DNA from: a virus
Lineage: Duplodnaviria; Heunggongvirae; Uroviricota; Caudoviricetes
DNA: 46,467 nt
Direction: 5' to 3' (one strand)
Virus record (IMG/VR): IMGVR_UViG_2778261457_000007
A model generated the notes under the pieces. That model made no database searches, had not been told where the DNA came from, and saw only the letters and a program-made list of their open reading frames with translations. This document shows, one piece after another, positions 10,901-25,641 of the stretch. Each line of letters starts with the position of its first letter. The stretch's first letter is position 1. The position numbers and the translations under genes are program-made.

Positions 10901-13476
10901 CGTCCACCTCCGGAGAACAGACCACCATCGCGCATCTGTGCCTGGATTTCATCACGGGCACCCTTGCGGGCCATGTCATACACCGCCTTCATCATCTGTG
11001 GACCTGGCAGACCATTCGTACCGTCGTTCTGAATCACCACGTGATTGTTCTGATTAAAATTAATGCCTTCAGCCCGCCGCATCTGCGCCGGACTTCCGGC
11101 ACCGCCCACATAACCACCTTCCGCATAGCCCCGCATCAGGCGGTACAGGTTGCCGACACCAATCCGGCTGGTTGCCTCCTTCGTGAAGACAAATTCACCA
11201 CGGTGAACAATCCCCGCTGGCTCATATTTGCCGCCGGTTCCCGTAAATCCCCCGGTCGCAAAATGGAATTTCGCCGCAGCGGCCTGAATGGCTGTACCGC
11301 CTGACGCGGATGCGCCGCCACCAACAGCCCCGCCAATGGCGCTGCCGATACTCCCGACAATCCCCACCATTGCCTGCTTAAGCAGAATTTCTGTCATCAT
11401 GGACAGCACGGAGCGGGTGAAGCTGCGCCAGTTCTGTTCACTGCCGGTCAGCATCGCCGCCATATTCTGCGCAATACCATCAAAGGTCTGCGTGGCTGCA
11501 CTTTTAACCTGCGACATACTGTCCGTGGCACTCTCTTTCCACTCGCTCCAGCCGGACCTGAGGCCTGCCATCCAGTTCCCGCGAAGCAGGTCTTCAGCCG
11601 CCCAGGTCTTTTTCTGCTCTGACATGACGTTATTCAGCGCCAGAGGATTATCGCCATACTGTTCCTTCAGGCGCTGTTCCGTGGCTTCCCGTTCTGCCTG
11701 CCGGTCAGTCAGCCCCCGGCTTTTCGCATCAATAGCGGCCCGTTTTGCCCGTTGCTGCTGTGCGAATTTATCCGCCTGCTGCGCCAGCGCGTTCAGGCGC
11801 TCCTGATACGTAACCTTGTCGCCAAGTGCAGCCAGCTGGCGTTTGTACTCCAGCGTCTCATCTTTATGCGCCAGCAGGGATTTCTCCTGTGCAGACAGCT
11901 GGCGACGTTGCGCCGCCTCCTCCAGTACCGCGAACTGACTCTCCGCCTTCCACAAATCCCGGCGCTGCTGGCTGATTTTCTCATTTGCTCCGGCATGCTT
12001 CTCCAGCGTCCGGAGTTCTGCCTGAAGCGTCAGCAGGGCAGCATGAGCACTGTCTTCCTGACGATCGCCCGCAGACACCTTCACGCCGGACTGTTTCGGC
12101 TTTTTCAGCGTCGCTTCATAGTCCTTTTTCGCCGCCGCCATCAGCGTGTTGTAATCTGCCTGCAGAATTTTCCCGTCCTTCAGTGACTTGTTCAGTTCTT
12201 CCTGACGGGCGGTATATTTCTCCAGCGGCGTCTGCAGGCGTTCGTAAGCCTTCTGCGCCTCTTCGGTATATTTCAGCCGTGATGCCTCAGACTCGGCCCA
12301 GTCCTTTGCTGCCATCTCTCTGGCCTTTTCAAGATCGGCCTGCAACGTGGCGGCTGAAAGCCCAAGTTGCGCATTCGCTCTCTTCTCCCATGCTCCCCGG
12401 AGATTGGCAAGAAATGCTGAGGTTTTACCGCGCCGGTGGCTCCGGCTCTGATACCACTGCCATTTTTTGTCCGCCTCATCAAAAGCCTTTTCTGCTTTCT
12501 CCAGCATTCCCTGGGCAGTGTCCGGGCGACCAATATCCAGCACCGAATCCCACATGGATTTGAATGCCCGTGCTGTCCTGTCTGCCCAGGTCTCCAGCGT
12601 GCCCATGTTCTCTTTCAGGCGGCGGGTCTGGTCATCAAACCCTTTCGTTGCGGCCTCGTTCGCCGCCTGCAATGCCCCGGCTTCATCTCCGGAACGCTGC
12701 AACTGAGCAACATACGCAATCTGCTCCGCCGTCACGTTATGGAACTGACGTGCCATCGCTGTCAGTCCCGACGTCGGGTCTGTGGTCAGCTTCCCGAAGG
12801 CTTCAGCGACCTTGTCCACCTCCACGCCGGATGCAGAGGAGAAACGCGCCACACTCTGGCTGATCGCCTCAAACTGCTCACCACCACGCACACCGGCATT
12901 CACCAGCGCCGTCAGTGACTCGCTGGTCTGGTTAAACGTCAGCCCTGCCGCCTGCCCGGCTCTGGACAGGACCAGCATACGATCTGCCGTCAGTCCCGCC
13001 TGATTGCCGGAAAGGACCAGCGTTTTGTTGAAATCGGACAGGGTTGAGTTGCCCTGATACCAGGCATACGCCAGCGCACCGGTCGCCACCGCCAGCGAGG
13101 TGGCCCCCACCATCGGCAGGGTGATCGCACCGGCAAGCCCCCTGAACATGGGGATCATCCCGCCGAAGGAGTCCTTAACCTGACCACCCTGTTGCAGCAG
13201 GATCAGCCACGGGCTTTGCCCGCCTGCAAGCTGCGTGGCCACGTCGGTGAACTGTGCAGGCAGCATACGCATGGCGGCTTTATACTGCCCGACGGAAATC
13301 CCCGCTTTCTGTGCAGCCAGCGCCTGTCGGCTCAGCGACTGTTCAACGACTGCCGCTGTTTTTTTCGCATCAGTTTCCGTACCGGAAAAATGACGCCTGA
13401 CTCTGGCCATCTGCTCGTCAAATCTGGCCGCATCCAGACTTAAATCAACGACCAGATCGCCTACCGGTTCAGCCAT
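10897..13476 (-). CDS. H: tail tape measure protein H
   Basis: 859 aa MAEPVGDLVVDLSLDAARFDEQMARVRRHF...; coiled-coil-rich; matches lambda H. Confidence 0.9.
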   Translation of the reverse strand: MAEPVGDLVVDLSLDAARFDEQMARVRRHFSGTETDAKKTAAVVEQSLSRQALAAQKAGISVGQYKAAMRMLPAQFTDVATQLAGGQSPWLILLQQGGQVKDSFGGMIPMFRGLAGAITLPMVGATSLAVATGALAYAWYQGNSTLSDFNKTLVLSGNQAGLTADRMLVLSRAGQAAGLTFNQTSESLTALVNAGVRGGEQFEAISQSVARFSSASGVEVDKVAEAFGKLTTDPTSGLTAMARQFHNVTAEQIAYVAQLQRSGDEAGALQAANEAATKGFDDQTRRLKENMGTLETWADRTARAFKSMWDSVLDIGRPDTAQGMLEKAEKAFDEADKKWQWYQSRSHRRGKTSAFLANLRGAWEKRANAQLGLSAATLQADLEKAREMAAKDWAESEASRLKYTEEAQKAYERLQTPLEKYTARQEELNKSLKDGKILQADYNTLMAAAKKDYEATLKKPKQSGVKVSAGDRQEDSAHAALLTLQAELRTLEKHAGANEKISQQRRDLWKAESQFAVLEEAAQRRQLSAQEKSLLAHKDETLEYKRQLAALGDKVTYQERLNALAQQADKFAQQQRAKRAAIDAKSRGLTDRQAEREATEQRLKEQYGDNPLALNNVMSEQKKTWAAEDLLRGNWMAGLRSGWSEWKESATDSMSQVKSAATQTFDGIAQNMAAMLTGSEQNWRSFTRSVLSMMTEILLKQAMVGIVGSIGSAIGGAVGGGASASGGTAIQAAAAKFHFATGGFTGTGGKYEPAGIVHRGEFVFTKEATSRIGVGNLYRLMRGYAEGGYVGGAGSPAQMRRAEGINFNQNNHVVIQNDGTNGLPGPQMMKAVYDMARKGARDEIQAQMRDGGLFSGGGR

Positions 13477-14307
13477 ACCGGACTCCTCCTGCGATCCCTT
13501 CTGATACTGTCATCAGCATTACGTCATCCTCCGTCATGTCCGCCACATCCGGGGAAGCGGGGATAACTTCATTCCCGTCCGGGCCAAAACGAACGCCTCC
13601 GGCAAGCCCTGCCGCTTTCTGCATCAGCACATCATCTTCAGGCTCTTCGTCAGCCTCGCGCCGGTTCAGCAGACTGAAATCCAGCGGATGCATCTCCGGA
13701 TCGCTGAAAAACAGGCTGAGCACGGTGTACGTCAGCCCGGAAAAGTGCATATCCAGCAGAACATCATGAAAATAATGGGTACTGTAAAAGCGGTGCCAGT
13801 CGGCATACTCCGTGGATGACATCCCGGCAAGCATGGCGCGCCAGTCGGGTCGCCCCATCTCACGCGCCAGTTTCAGGGCAAAACTCAGCTCACCGTCGAA
13901 CACTTTCCCGCAGAAACAGGCTCTGCAGGCCCGGCGTCCTCTGCCTGTTCAGGAGCATCATTCACCACAAACTCATACATACCGGACAGCCGGTACACCA
14001 CGTTTTCAGCATGAGAAATTGCCTCTGTGGGCCAGGTGGTAAGCACTTCCTGCTCAATCTGTTTAACGGCTTCATTCATGGAAGGCAGCTTTGTCTTCTT
14101 CGGATGGTTATGCCACAGGGACATCGCCACCAGAAACGCGCCGGTTCTGATGGCGTCTTCCACAGTAAACTTCCGGTTGCTGTCTGACTCCGCCTGTTCT
14201 GCCTGCCGTTTCATCAGGGCGAGATGCTCAATACGCTGCAGGGCTGACAGTTCAGAAAGCGTGACGGTCACACCGTTATGTTCAAATGATTCGGTTTTCA
14301 GGAACAT
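13469..14307 (-). CDS. T: tail assembly chaperone G-T fusion (programmed -1 frameshift product)
   Basis: T-frame ORF 13469-13903 overlaps the 3' end of G; slippery heptamer G GGA AAG lies in the G zero frame at 13903-13909 (minus strand). Confidence 0.8.
13885..14307 (-). CDS. G: tail assembly chaperone G
   Basis: 140 aa MFLKTESFEHNGVTVTLSELSALQRIEHL... matches lambda G. Confidence 0.9.
   Translation of the reverse strand: MFLKTESFEHNGVTVTLSELSALQRIEHLALMKRQAEQAESDSNRKFTVEDAIRTGAFLVAMSLWHNHPKKTKLPSMNEAVKQIEQEVLTTWPTEAISHAENVVYRLSGMYEFVVNDAPEQAEDAGPAEPVSAGKCSTVS
13903..13909 (-). promoter_or_regulatory. G/T -1 ribosomal frameshift slippery site (GGGAAAG)
   Basis: heptamer read directly on the minus strand, in the X XXY YYZ register of the G frame. 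Confidence 0.75.
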
Positions 14308-14322
14308 CGCTGACTCTCCGGA

Positions 14323-15063
14323 TTAACTGGCGGTGACGTTGATTTCTGCAACCGCAGCAAACTCACCATTACCGGATACGACCGGAATGTTGACCTTGCC
14401 TGCAGCAACACCTTTCACGGTGATGGTCATACCACTGACCGACACGGTGGCTTTTGTTTTATCCGCAGACACCGCACGGAAGCTCTTGTCGGTTGCGCCA
14501 TCCGGCTGGAATGCCACGGTCAGCGTGGTGCTCTGCCCTTTCACTACGGAAGCACTGGCGGGTGTCACCGTCATGCCGGTTGTCGCCGTCACCGTGCTGC
14601 GATCTTCTGCCATCGACGGACGTCCCACATTGGTGACCTTCACCGTGCGGGTAATCACTTCCTTCGCCGTCACCGCCTTACCGATACTGCTGACCCAGCC
14701 ACGGAACACATCGACCGTGCCGTTCGGGAAGCGGATTTTATAGGCACGGGTATCGCCTTCATTAAACCACGCCAGCAGCGCCTGCTGCCCCTGCTCTCCG
14801 GGCATCCACGCCAGCGTGAAGCTGGTATCTCCGGCAGATTTCTGCCCCTGCCCGGTCGCAGTCCAGTCTGCATCTTCATCATCGAGATAGCTGTCGTCAT
14901 AAGACTCAGCGGTCAGTTCGCCGGGCGTCAGGTCTTTAACTTTTGCCAGACGCGACCAGTCAACGTCTGAAAGCGGATTCGCATAAGGGTCACCACTCCC
15001 CTTATAAACCCACAGGGTGGTCCCGGCCCCTTTCACCGGCATTACAGGATTTGGTACAGGCAT
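14323..15063 (-). CDS. V: major tail tube protein V
   Basis: [22 protein letters not shown]... matches lambda V; ATG at 15063 preceded by GAGGA; the ORF track extends to an upstream in-frame start at 15093. Confidence 0.9.
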   Translation of the reverse strand: MPVPNPVMPVKGAGTTLWVYKGSGDPYANPLSDVDWSRLAKVKDLTPGELTAESYDDSYLDDEDADWTATGQGQKSAGDTSFTLAWMPGEQGQQALLAWFNEGDTRAYKIRFPNGTVDVFRGWVSSIGKAVTAKEVITRTVKVTNVGRPSMAEDRSTVTATTGMTVTPASASVVKGQSTTLTVAFQPDGATDKSFRAVSADKTKATVSVSGMTITVKGVAAGKVNIPVVSGNGEFAAVAEINVTAS

Positions 15064-15070
15064 AGCGTCC

Positions 15071-15466
15071 TCACATTTCATAGGTAATGACATAAGTCAG
15101 ATCGGCTGAACTCCACAGGCCCGCATCATCGTCGCGCCGATAGTCATAGCCGCTGGTCACCATACTGGTGATCAAATCTGACAGTGCCGGGATATCACTC
15201 ATCACCGGATAAATCCGGGACTCCATCCACGCATCCAGCTCTGAATCCGGCACCTGAGCAGGCAGGAAAACTTCAATATGCAGCTCCGCCTGCCAGGTAT
15301 CGCTGTCCAGCTCTTCGCCCGTGTATTCAGCGCCGGTGAGATAAACGGCAATTGCCGGAAAATCTTCCTCATCAAAAACAGCGGGGCGACCATCAAAAAG
15401 CGTCGCCCCGGTGTCATGCTTCTCCAGTGCATCCAGTACGGCTGCTCGGAGTTCAGTATGTTTCAT
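15071..15466 (-). CDS. U: tail terminator protein U
   Basis: 131 aa [28 protein letters not shown]... matches lambda U. Confidence 0.9.
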   Translation of the reverse strand: MKHTELRAAVLDALEKHDTGATLFDGRPAVFDEEDFPAIAVYLTGAEYTGEELDSDTWQAELHIEVFLPAQVPDSELDAWMESRIYPVMSDIPALSDLITSMVTSGYDYRRDDDAGLWSSADLTYVITYEM

Positions 15467-16041
15467 CGCTTTATTACCATCCTCAGTTGATGCTGCAGCG
15501 CATAGCCCAGCTCTTTCGGAAGACGCTCACGCCGTATCCGCTCAATATTCTGTTTAAACGCCGTGGTCAGCGGCACCGCCATCGGGATTTTCACCACATC
15601 AATGGGGTAACGATTTTTCCCGGCCACACGCTGCATGACATGCCAGCGGCCATTTTTCAGTTGCTGAATAAACGCGCCGGGAATACGACGGTTTCCCACC
15701 ACAAGCACGCTGCCGCCACCTTTCAGGGCTGAACGCTGCCCCTTTTTACGACGCCTGCGTCGGGACAGGACAATCCGCGCGTTACCCAGCTTTATTACGG
15801 GCAAATCCCCCCGGTTAACCTTGATTCTGGCCTGCGGATTTTTGACCGTGGCCCTTTTCAGCCTGGCCCTTTCCTTTACCAGTTTCCGGCGTACCTTTGT
15901 CTCACGGGCAACCTGTGACGCCGACTGCGATATCGCGGATGAAGCAACGCGGTTAATGGCCATTGCGGCGGCACCGGGCACCGCCGTTCTGCTGATACGG
16001 CTGAGGTTTTCAACGGCCTGCTCAAGACCTTTTATGGCCAT
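15463..16041 (-). CDS. Z: tail completion protein Z
   Basis: 192 aa MAIKGLEQAVENLSRISRTAVPGAAAMAINR... matches lambda Z. Confidence 0.9.
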   Translation of the reverse strand: MAIKGLEQAVENLSRISRTAVPGAAAMAINRVASSAISQSASQVARETKVRRKLVKERARLKRATVKNPQARIKVNRGDLPVIKLGNARIVLSRRRRRKKGQRSALKGGGSVLVVGNRRIPGAFIQQLKNGRWHVMQRVAGKNRYPIDVVKIPMAVPLTTAFKQNIERIRRERLPKELGYALQHQLRMVIKR

Positions 16042-16052
16042 ACATCCCCCTT

Positions 16053-16406
16053 TCAGCGGCGACGGTTAACGGCAGGCGGTACGCCCCGCCCAAGCCAGAG
16101 ATGACAGCTTCCGCCATCATCTGGCGAAATCCGGTCTATCCAGAAGTTTTCCTCACCGATGGTCAGCGTGTCGCCGCGCCGCAGCTGCCGCACATCATCA
16201 GTCCGGACAAACAGGGACGGGCTGGAGCCTTCAACGCGCACGCCCTGTCCGGCATAGCTGATATTTTCAGGGTCATCAAAAACACCACGTATCACAGCAC
16301 CGGACTGCTCACCGGATGTCATGGTGGCTGACGTTCCCATGTACCCGCGTATCGTTTCATCGGCGCGGGCAATGGCAGCATCGAACAGGTTATCGAAATC
16401 AGCCAC
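16053..16406 (-). CDS. FII: head-tail joining protein FII
   Basis: 117 aa MADFDNLFDAAIARADETIRGYMG... matches lambda FII. Confidence 0.9.
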   Translation of the reverse strand: MADFDNLFDAAIARADETIRGYMGTSATMTSGEQSGAVIRGVFDDPENISYAGQGVRVEGSSPSLFVRTDDVRQLRRGDTLTIGEENFWIDRISPDDGGSCHLWLGRGVPPAVNRRR

Positions 16407-16417
16407 AGCGCCTCCCG

Positions 16418-16813
16418 TTATTGCATTCTGGCCAGGCCGCGCTCTGTCATTTCAGCTGCCACACCGGCAGAGACACGGAACGCCGTTCCCGGCAGCACAA
16501 ATGCCACAGGCTCATCCCGCGTGGCGTGAAGTGCATCAGTATGCAGCGTCACCAGTGCCACGACCGTGACCAGAGCAGCCGTATCAATCACGGTATCCGG
16601 CTGCGCTGATACCACCTCATTTTCATGTCCGGTCAGCGCATTTTCCGGGCTGACAGATGTGTCCTGACCGGCAGCGTCATCCGTGTCATCAAGCTCCTCT
16701 TCCAGCTCTGCCACACGGAGCACCAGTTCTTCTTTCGTCCCCGTCAGGCTGACATCACGGTTCAGTTGCTCACCCAGCACCTGAAGACGGGCAATCAGTT
16801 CATCTTTCGTCAT
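16418..16813 (-). CDS. FI: DNA packaging protein FI
   Basis: MTKDELIARLQVLGEQLNRDVSLTG... matches lambda FI; ATG at 16813 preceded by GGAGGA; ORF track start is further upstream. Confidence 0.85.
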   Translation of the reverse strand: MTKDELIARLQVLGEQLNRDVSLTGTKEELVLRVAELEEELDDTDDAAGQDTSVSPENALTGHENEVVSAQPDTVIDTAALVTVVALVTLHTDALHATRDEPVAFVLPGTAFRVSAGVAAEMTERGLARMQ

Positions 16814-16854
16814 GGACTCCTCCACAGAGAGAAAATGGCCCCGAAGGGCCATGA

Positions 16855-17880
16855 TTACGCCAGTTGTACGGACACGAACGCATCAGGGTCAGCCAGCAGC
16901 ATCAGCGGTGCTGACTGAATCATGGTGAACTCACGCGCCGGATCGCCGGTGGTCACCCAGTTTTTCGGGTAGCGGGCAGAGGCGTTAATACCTTCGCGCT
17001 GTGCGTCCGCATCCTGAATGCAGCCATAGGTGCGCAGACCGCGTGCCTGAGTGTTCCCCAGCACCATCGTGTTGTCCGGCAGGAAGTTCTTTTTGACGTC
17101 GTTTTCCACGTACTGTCCGGAATACACGACGATCGCCGTATCGCCATACATCCCCTTATAGGACACCGCTTCGCCCAGGTCTTTTACCGCTGTCTCCAGC
17201 TCGGAATTAGAGCCGCGACGGGTATCCAGCTTCTCCTTGACGGCTTTGAAGGAACGGAACAGCGCCCAGCCTTTCGGATCAAACACGATGATATTCACCA
17301 CACCGCTGGCGTTCAGCGCGTAGGCTTCGATATCGTCGGTCGGGTCATACGTGGACTTGTCACGCTTGCTCCACTCCGTACCGCCGGACTGTGTGATGTT
17401 GTTCGCCGCACTGCGGCCCATATCCACCTCAACCGGATCGAAGGCTTCACCGGTCATGGTGTATTTGCCCTTAAGCACAGCAGAAACTGCCTGCATCTCT
17501 TCGACCTGAGCAATGGCCAGCTCTTCGTCTCGCATGTTCTGCATGATGATGCGACGGCGGCGGTAAGCCGGGTCCGCCAGATTCTGCGGATCTTCATCCG
17601 GCAGGCGACGCAGGGTCATCTGCGGATTCACCTCATGCTTGGGTTTGACATATCCCGGCGTAAATTCAGAGGTGGAGCCGCCACGGGAACGGATAACCTC
17701 ACCGGAAACAATCGGCGAAACGTACAGCGCCATGTTTACCAGTCCCGGAATTTGTGAGAGATAGACTTTCTCCGTGGTGAAGGGATAGCTCTCACGGAAA
17801 AAGAGACGCAGAAACAGCGGATCAAACTTAAATTTCTGCTCATTTGCCGCCAGCAGCTGGGCGGTTGTGTACATCGACAT
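16855..17880 (-). CDS. E: major capsid protein E
   Basis: MSMYTTAQLLAANEQKFKFDPLFLRLFFRESYPF... matches lambda E (341 aa); ATG at 17880. Confidence 0.9.
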   Translation of the reverse strand: MSMYTTAQLLAANEQKFKFDPLFLRLFFRESYPFTTEKVYLSQIPGLVNMALYVSPIVSGEVIRSRGGSTSEFTPGYVKPKHEVNPQMTLRRLPDEDPQNLADPAYRRRRIIMQNMRDEELAIAQVEEMQAVSAVLKGKYTMTGEAFDPVEVDMGRSAANNITQSGGTEWSKRDKSTYDPTDDIEAYALNASGVVNIIVFDPKGWALFRSFKAVKEKLDTRRGSNSELETAVKDLGEAVSYKGMYGDTAIVVYSGQYVENDVKKNFLPDNTMVLGNTQARGLRTYGCIQDADAQREGINASARYPKNWVTTGDPAREFTMIQSAPLMLLADPDAFVSVQLA

Positions 17881-17935
17881 AAAAAAATCCCGTAAAAAAA
17901 GCCGCACAGGCGGCCTTTAGTGATGAAGGGTAAGG

Positions 17936-18268
17936 TTAAACGATGCTGATTGCCGTTCCGGCAAACGCGGTCCGTTTTTTCGTCTCGTCGCTGGCAGCCT
18001 CCGGCCAGAGCACATCCTCATAACGGAACGTGCCGGACTTGTAGAACGTCAGCGTGGTGCTGGTCTGGTCAGCATCAACCGCCAGAATGCCAACGGCAGT
18101 ACCGTCGGTGGTGCCATCCCACGCAACCAGCTTACGGGTGGAGGTGTCCAGCATCAGCGGGGTCATTGCAGGCGCTTTCGCACTCAATCCGCCGGGCGCG
18201 GTTGCCGTATGTGCCGGGTCACTGTTGCCCAGCGGCTGGTAATGGGTAAAGGTTTCTTTGCTCGTCAT
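17936..18268 (-). CDS. D: head decoration protein D
   Basis: [33 protein letters not shown]... matches lambda D; ATG at 18268. Confidence 0.9.
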   Translation of the reverse strand: MTSKETFTHYQPLGNSDPAHTATAPGGLSAKAPAMTPLMLDTSTRKLVAWDGTTDGTAVGILAVDADQTSTTLTFYKSGTFRYEDVLWPEAASDETKKRTAFAGTAISIV

Positions 18269-18277
18269 AAACATCCC

Positions 18278-19577
18278 TTACACTGGTGTGTTCAGCAAAT
18301 CGTTAACGGCATCAGATGCCGGGTTACCTGCAGCCAGTGGTGCCGGTGCCCCCTGCATCAGACGATCCAGCGCAGTGTCACTGCGCGCCTGTGCACTCTG
18401 TGGTGCAGCTGCCAGAATGCGGCGGGCCGTTTCCACGGTCATACCGGGGGTTTCGGCCAGCACACGTGCCTGTTCTTCGCGTCCGTGAGCTTCCTCACAG
18501 TTGAGGATCCCCATAATGCGGCTGTTTTCTGCCGCAACCGCAGCGGTGATCTGCGCGTTCACGTCCGGCTGCGCCGCGCTGGCGTTTTCGCCCTCCGTCG
18601 CTTGCACCACGTCAGTAACGTCAGCCTGCGAAGCAGTGGCTGAAACAGTTGTTGATTGAGTCTCTTTGGTCATTCGCCCTCCTGAGAGACGGGATTTACG
18701 TGCATCCAGTGCATCACGCATAACGGTGATCGCATCGGTGCTGTTGACAAGTTCATCAGCCAGTCCGGCATCAATGGCCTCCTGACCGCTGTACATTGCA
18801 GCCTCGGTATCCAGCACAGCCTGCACGGACAGGCCGGTATATGCCGACACCTTCTGCGCAAACATCCGGCGGGTTGCATCCATCCGGGACTGCAGTGTCT
18901 CCCGGACATCACCCGGTAGATGGCTGTAGGGGTTGCCATCCACCTTATGGCTGCCGCTGTAAATCAGCGTGATTTCCACGCCCTGTTTCTCCAGCGCAGC
19001 GCCGTAATTACTGTGAGCCATCATGACGCCGATGGAGCCTGTCCGGGCGGTCTGCGTGACCAGACGCCGGGAGGCGGCGCTGGCAAGCAGCTGACCTGCA
19101 CTGCAGTTCATGTCGTTGGCCAGCGCCCATACCGGCTTTATGTCACGCACACGGGCGATGATGTCAGCACAGTCAAATGCTCCCGCCACCATCCCGCCCG
19201 GTGTGTCCATATCGAGCAGAATGCCGTCCACCATCGGATCGCTGGCAGCCTGTTGCAGACGAGCGATAATGCCGTTGTAACCGGTCATTCCCGAATACGG
19301 CTGCAGCGCCCGCGTCCGGCTGACCAGCGTACCGGACACCGGCAGCACGGCGATGCCGTTCATGACCTGATAACTGCGGGCCTGTCGTGGTCCGTCATCA
19401 TCACCGGATAACGCCAGCGCCGCGGGTGCCTCTCCGGCAGTCAGGCTATCGCCGGATACTGCATCCGTCAGGCGACTGATCCCAAGCTGGCCTGCAAGCG
19501 CACAAAAGAAAACCCGCGCATAGGCGGGTTCAAGCATCAGCGGCTCATTAAAAGCCATGCTGGCAATATGCGGGAGA

Positions 19578-19597
<20 letters not shown>
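18278..19597 (-). CDS. C: capsid assembly protease C (S49 family; scaffold Nu3 nested in frame at the 3' end)
   Basis: VTAELRNLPHIASMAFNEPLMLEPAYARVFF... matches lambda C; GTG at 19597 preceded by GAGGAGGAG; overlaps the B 3' end by 20 bp. Confidence 0.85.
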
Positions 19598-23278
<3,681 letters not shown>

Positions 23279-23304
<26 letters not shown>

Positions 23305-23824
23305 TCAGCAACCCCGGTATCAGTTCATCCAGCGCGGCTGCTTTGTTCATGGCTTTGATGATATCCCGTTTCAGGAAATCAACATGTCGGTTTTCCAGTT
23401 CCGGAAAACGCCGCTGCACCGACAGGGGGATCCCGTCGAGAATACTGGCAATTTCACCTGCGATCCGCGACAGCACGAAAGTACAGAATGCGGTTTCCAC
23501 CACTTCAGCGGAGTCTCTGGCATTTTTCAGCTCCTGTGCGTCGGCCTGCGCACGCGTAAGTCGATGGCGTTCGTACTCAATAGTCCCTGGCTGGAGATCT
23601 GTCTCGCTGGCCTGCCGCAGTTCTTCAACTTCCCGGCGCAGCTTTTCGTTCTCAATTTCAGCATCCCTTTCGGCATACCATCTTATAACGGCGGCAGAGT
23701 CATAAAGCACCTCATTACCCTTGCCACCGCCTCGCAGAACGGGCATTCCCTGTTCCTGCCAGTTCTGAATGGTACGGATACTCGCACCGAAAATGTCAGC
23801 CAGCTGCTTTTTGTTGACTTCCAT
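23279..23824 (-). CDS. nu1: terminase small subunit Nu1
   Basis: 181 aa MEVNKKQLADIFGASIRTIQNWQEQGMPVLRG... (HTH); matches lambda Nu1. Confidence 0.9.
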
Positions 23825-23829
23825 TGTTC

Positions 23830-24050
23830 ATTCCACGGCCAAAAACAGAGAAAGGAAACGACAGAGGCCCAAAAGCTCGTTTTCAGCACCTGTCGTTTCC
23901 TTTCTTTTCAGGGGGTATTTTAAATAAAAACATTAAGTTACGACGAAGAAGAACGGAAATGCCTTAAACCGGAAAATTTTCATAAATAGCGAAAACCCGC
24001 GAGGTCGCCGCCCCGTAACCTGTCGGATCGCCGGAAAGGACCCGCAAAAT
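23830..24050. other. cos site (cosB, cosN, cosQ region) in inverted orientation
   Basis: AGGTCGCCGCCC at 24002-24013 is the reverse complement of the lambda cohesive end GGGCGGCGACCT; flanking sequence matches the lambda left-end and right-end sequences as recalled. Confidence 0.85.
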
Positions 24051-24212
24051 GATAATAATTATCATCTGCATGTCACAACGTGCATCTACGCCATCAAACC
24101 ACGTCAAATAATCAATTATGACGCAGATATCGTATTAATTGATCTGCATCAACTTAACGTAAAAACAACTTCAGACAATACAAATCAGCGACACTGAATA
24201 CGGGACAACCTC

Positions 24213-24446
24213 ATGTCAACGAAGAACAGAACCCGCAGAACAACAACCCGCAACATCCGCTTTCCTAACCAAATGATTGAACAAATTAACATCGCTCTTG
24301 AGCAAAAAGGGTCCGGGAATTTCTCAGCCTGGGTCATTGAAGCCTGCCGCCGGAGACTGTGCTCAGAAAAAAGAGTTTCTTCTGAAGCAAACAAAGAAAA
24401 GAGTGACATTACTGAATTGCTCAGAAAACAGGTCAGACCAGATTGA
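24213..24446 (+). CDS. small phage protein (YlcI-like, DUF3950-type)
   Basis: 77 aa MSTKNRTRRTTTRNIRFPNQMIEQINIALEQKG...; resembles the DLP12 YlcI-type small protein, from memory. Confidence 0.5.
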   Translation: MSTKNRTRRTTTRNIRFPNQMIEQINIALEQKGSGNFSAWVIEACRRRLCSEKRVSSEANKEKSDITELLRKQVRPD

Positions 24447-24503
24447 AGCAATTTAGATAATCGTGCAGACTACGCCCCCTCATATCACATGGAAGGTTTA
24501 TCT

Positions 24504-24914
24504 ATGGATCAGGTAGTCATTTTTAAACAAATATTTGATAAAGTTCGAAACGATTTAAACTATCAATGGTTTTATTCTGAGCTAAAACGTCACAATGTCT
24601 CACATTACATTTACTATTTAGCCACAGAGAATGTTCATATTGTATTAAAAAATGATAATACAGTGTTATTAAAGGGCCTAAAAAACATTGTGTCTGTCAA
24701 ATTTTCAAAGGATAGGCATCTTATAGAAACGACCTCTAATAAGCTGAAATCCAGAGAGATCACATTTCAGGAATACAGAAGAAACCTTGCTAAAGCAGGA
24801 GTTTTTCGGTGGGTTACAAATATCCACGAACAAAAAAGATATTACTATACCTTTGATAATTCATTACTATTTACTGAAAGCATCCAGAAAACTACACAGA
24901 TCTTACCACGCTAA
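24504..24914 (+). CDS. DUF1398-family phage protein (YbcV-like)
   Basis: [39 protein letters not shown]...; ATG at 24504 preceded by GGAAGG. Confidence 0.55.
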
Positions 24915-25065
24915 ACCATAACGTCCGGCTTCTCTCACTCCTGAGCCGGACTGCATTGGTTTAATAAAAACCATCAACAATTGTGATTTAGATATTCGGA
25001 ACCATTCAAATATAACAAAACCCCGTAAAAACGAGGTTTATGGATAAATTTTATTATTGAATACA

Positions 25066-25239
25066 TCAGATTAAATTAATCTTGACATCATAGCTTTCAA
25101 GACCCGTCATTTTTTCCCGTGCGGTAAACTGAATACTGGTAACTTCTTTCCCGGTCTTTTTCTTAAGTTCAATAATTTTTTTTGTTATATATTCAGAAAT
25201 ATCTGCTTCTGCTTTTGTTTTTAAGTTTTCAATATTCAT
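25066..25239 (-). CDS. gnsB: GnsA/GnsB-family small protein
   Basis: 57-aa ORF (below the ORF-track cutoff) MNIENLKTKAEADISEYITKKIIELKKKTGKEVTSIQFTAREKMTGLESYDVKINLI; AGAGGA 5 nt upstream of the ATG; GnsB-like by recall. Confidence 0.6.
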   Translation of the reverse strand: MNIENLKTKAEADISEYITKKIIELKKKTGKEVTSIQFTAREKMTGLESYDVKINLI

Positions 25240-25410
25240 CATTTCCTCTTTTAGTCTGTTATGACTTTCCAGTTACACAGTAAGTCGATTATATGGTGCA
25301 AACGTGTAAAAGATAAGATGAAACATCGCAATAATCAACATACGATAGTCTAAATTTTACACAAACAGACAAAGAGAATTTTCCTGAATTATCAATGCAA
25401 TAGCATCAAA

Positions 25411-25641
25411 TCAACTCAAGAGCCTTATTGCTGCTTCCAGAATTTCTTCTGAAGTAACATGTCGATCCGCGGCTACATAAATGACTTTATGATCTCCGGT
25501 CAGAGATGGAAACCCTGCGGCCATTACAGTAAGGTGTGTTTTTTCGCCATTTGGATATTCACGCATGATGGTGTTAACTCCAGTCATCGCTGGCACTACC
25601 ACTGCTGGTTCAGAGTTAAAAAAAACTATGATTTTTTTCAT
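25411..25641 (-). CDS. hypothetical protein (76 aa)
   Basis: MKKIIVFFNSEPAVVVPAMTGVNTIMREYPNGEKTHL...; internal ATG chosen over the ORF-track start; function unknown. Confidence 0.35.
   Translation of the reverse strand: MKKIIVFFNSEPAVVVPAMTGVNTIMREYPNGEKTHLTVMAAGFPSLTGDHKVIYVAADRHVTSEEILEAAIRLLS

Noticed and set aside
10106-13443. Plus-strand ORFs (308 aa, 221 aa, 192 aa, 172 aa and others) across L, M and H
   Set aside because: All antisense to recognised tail genes and compositionally biased; no ribosome binding sites of note.
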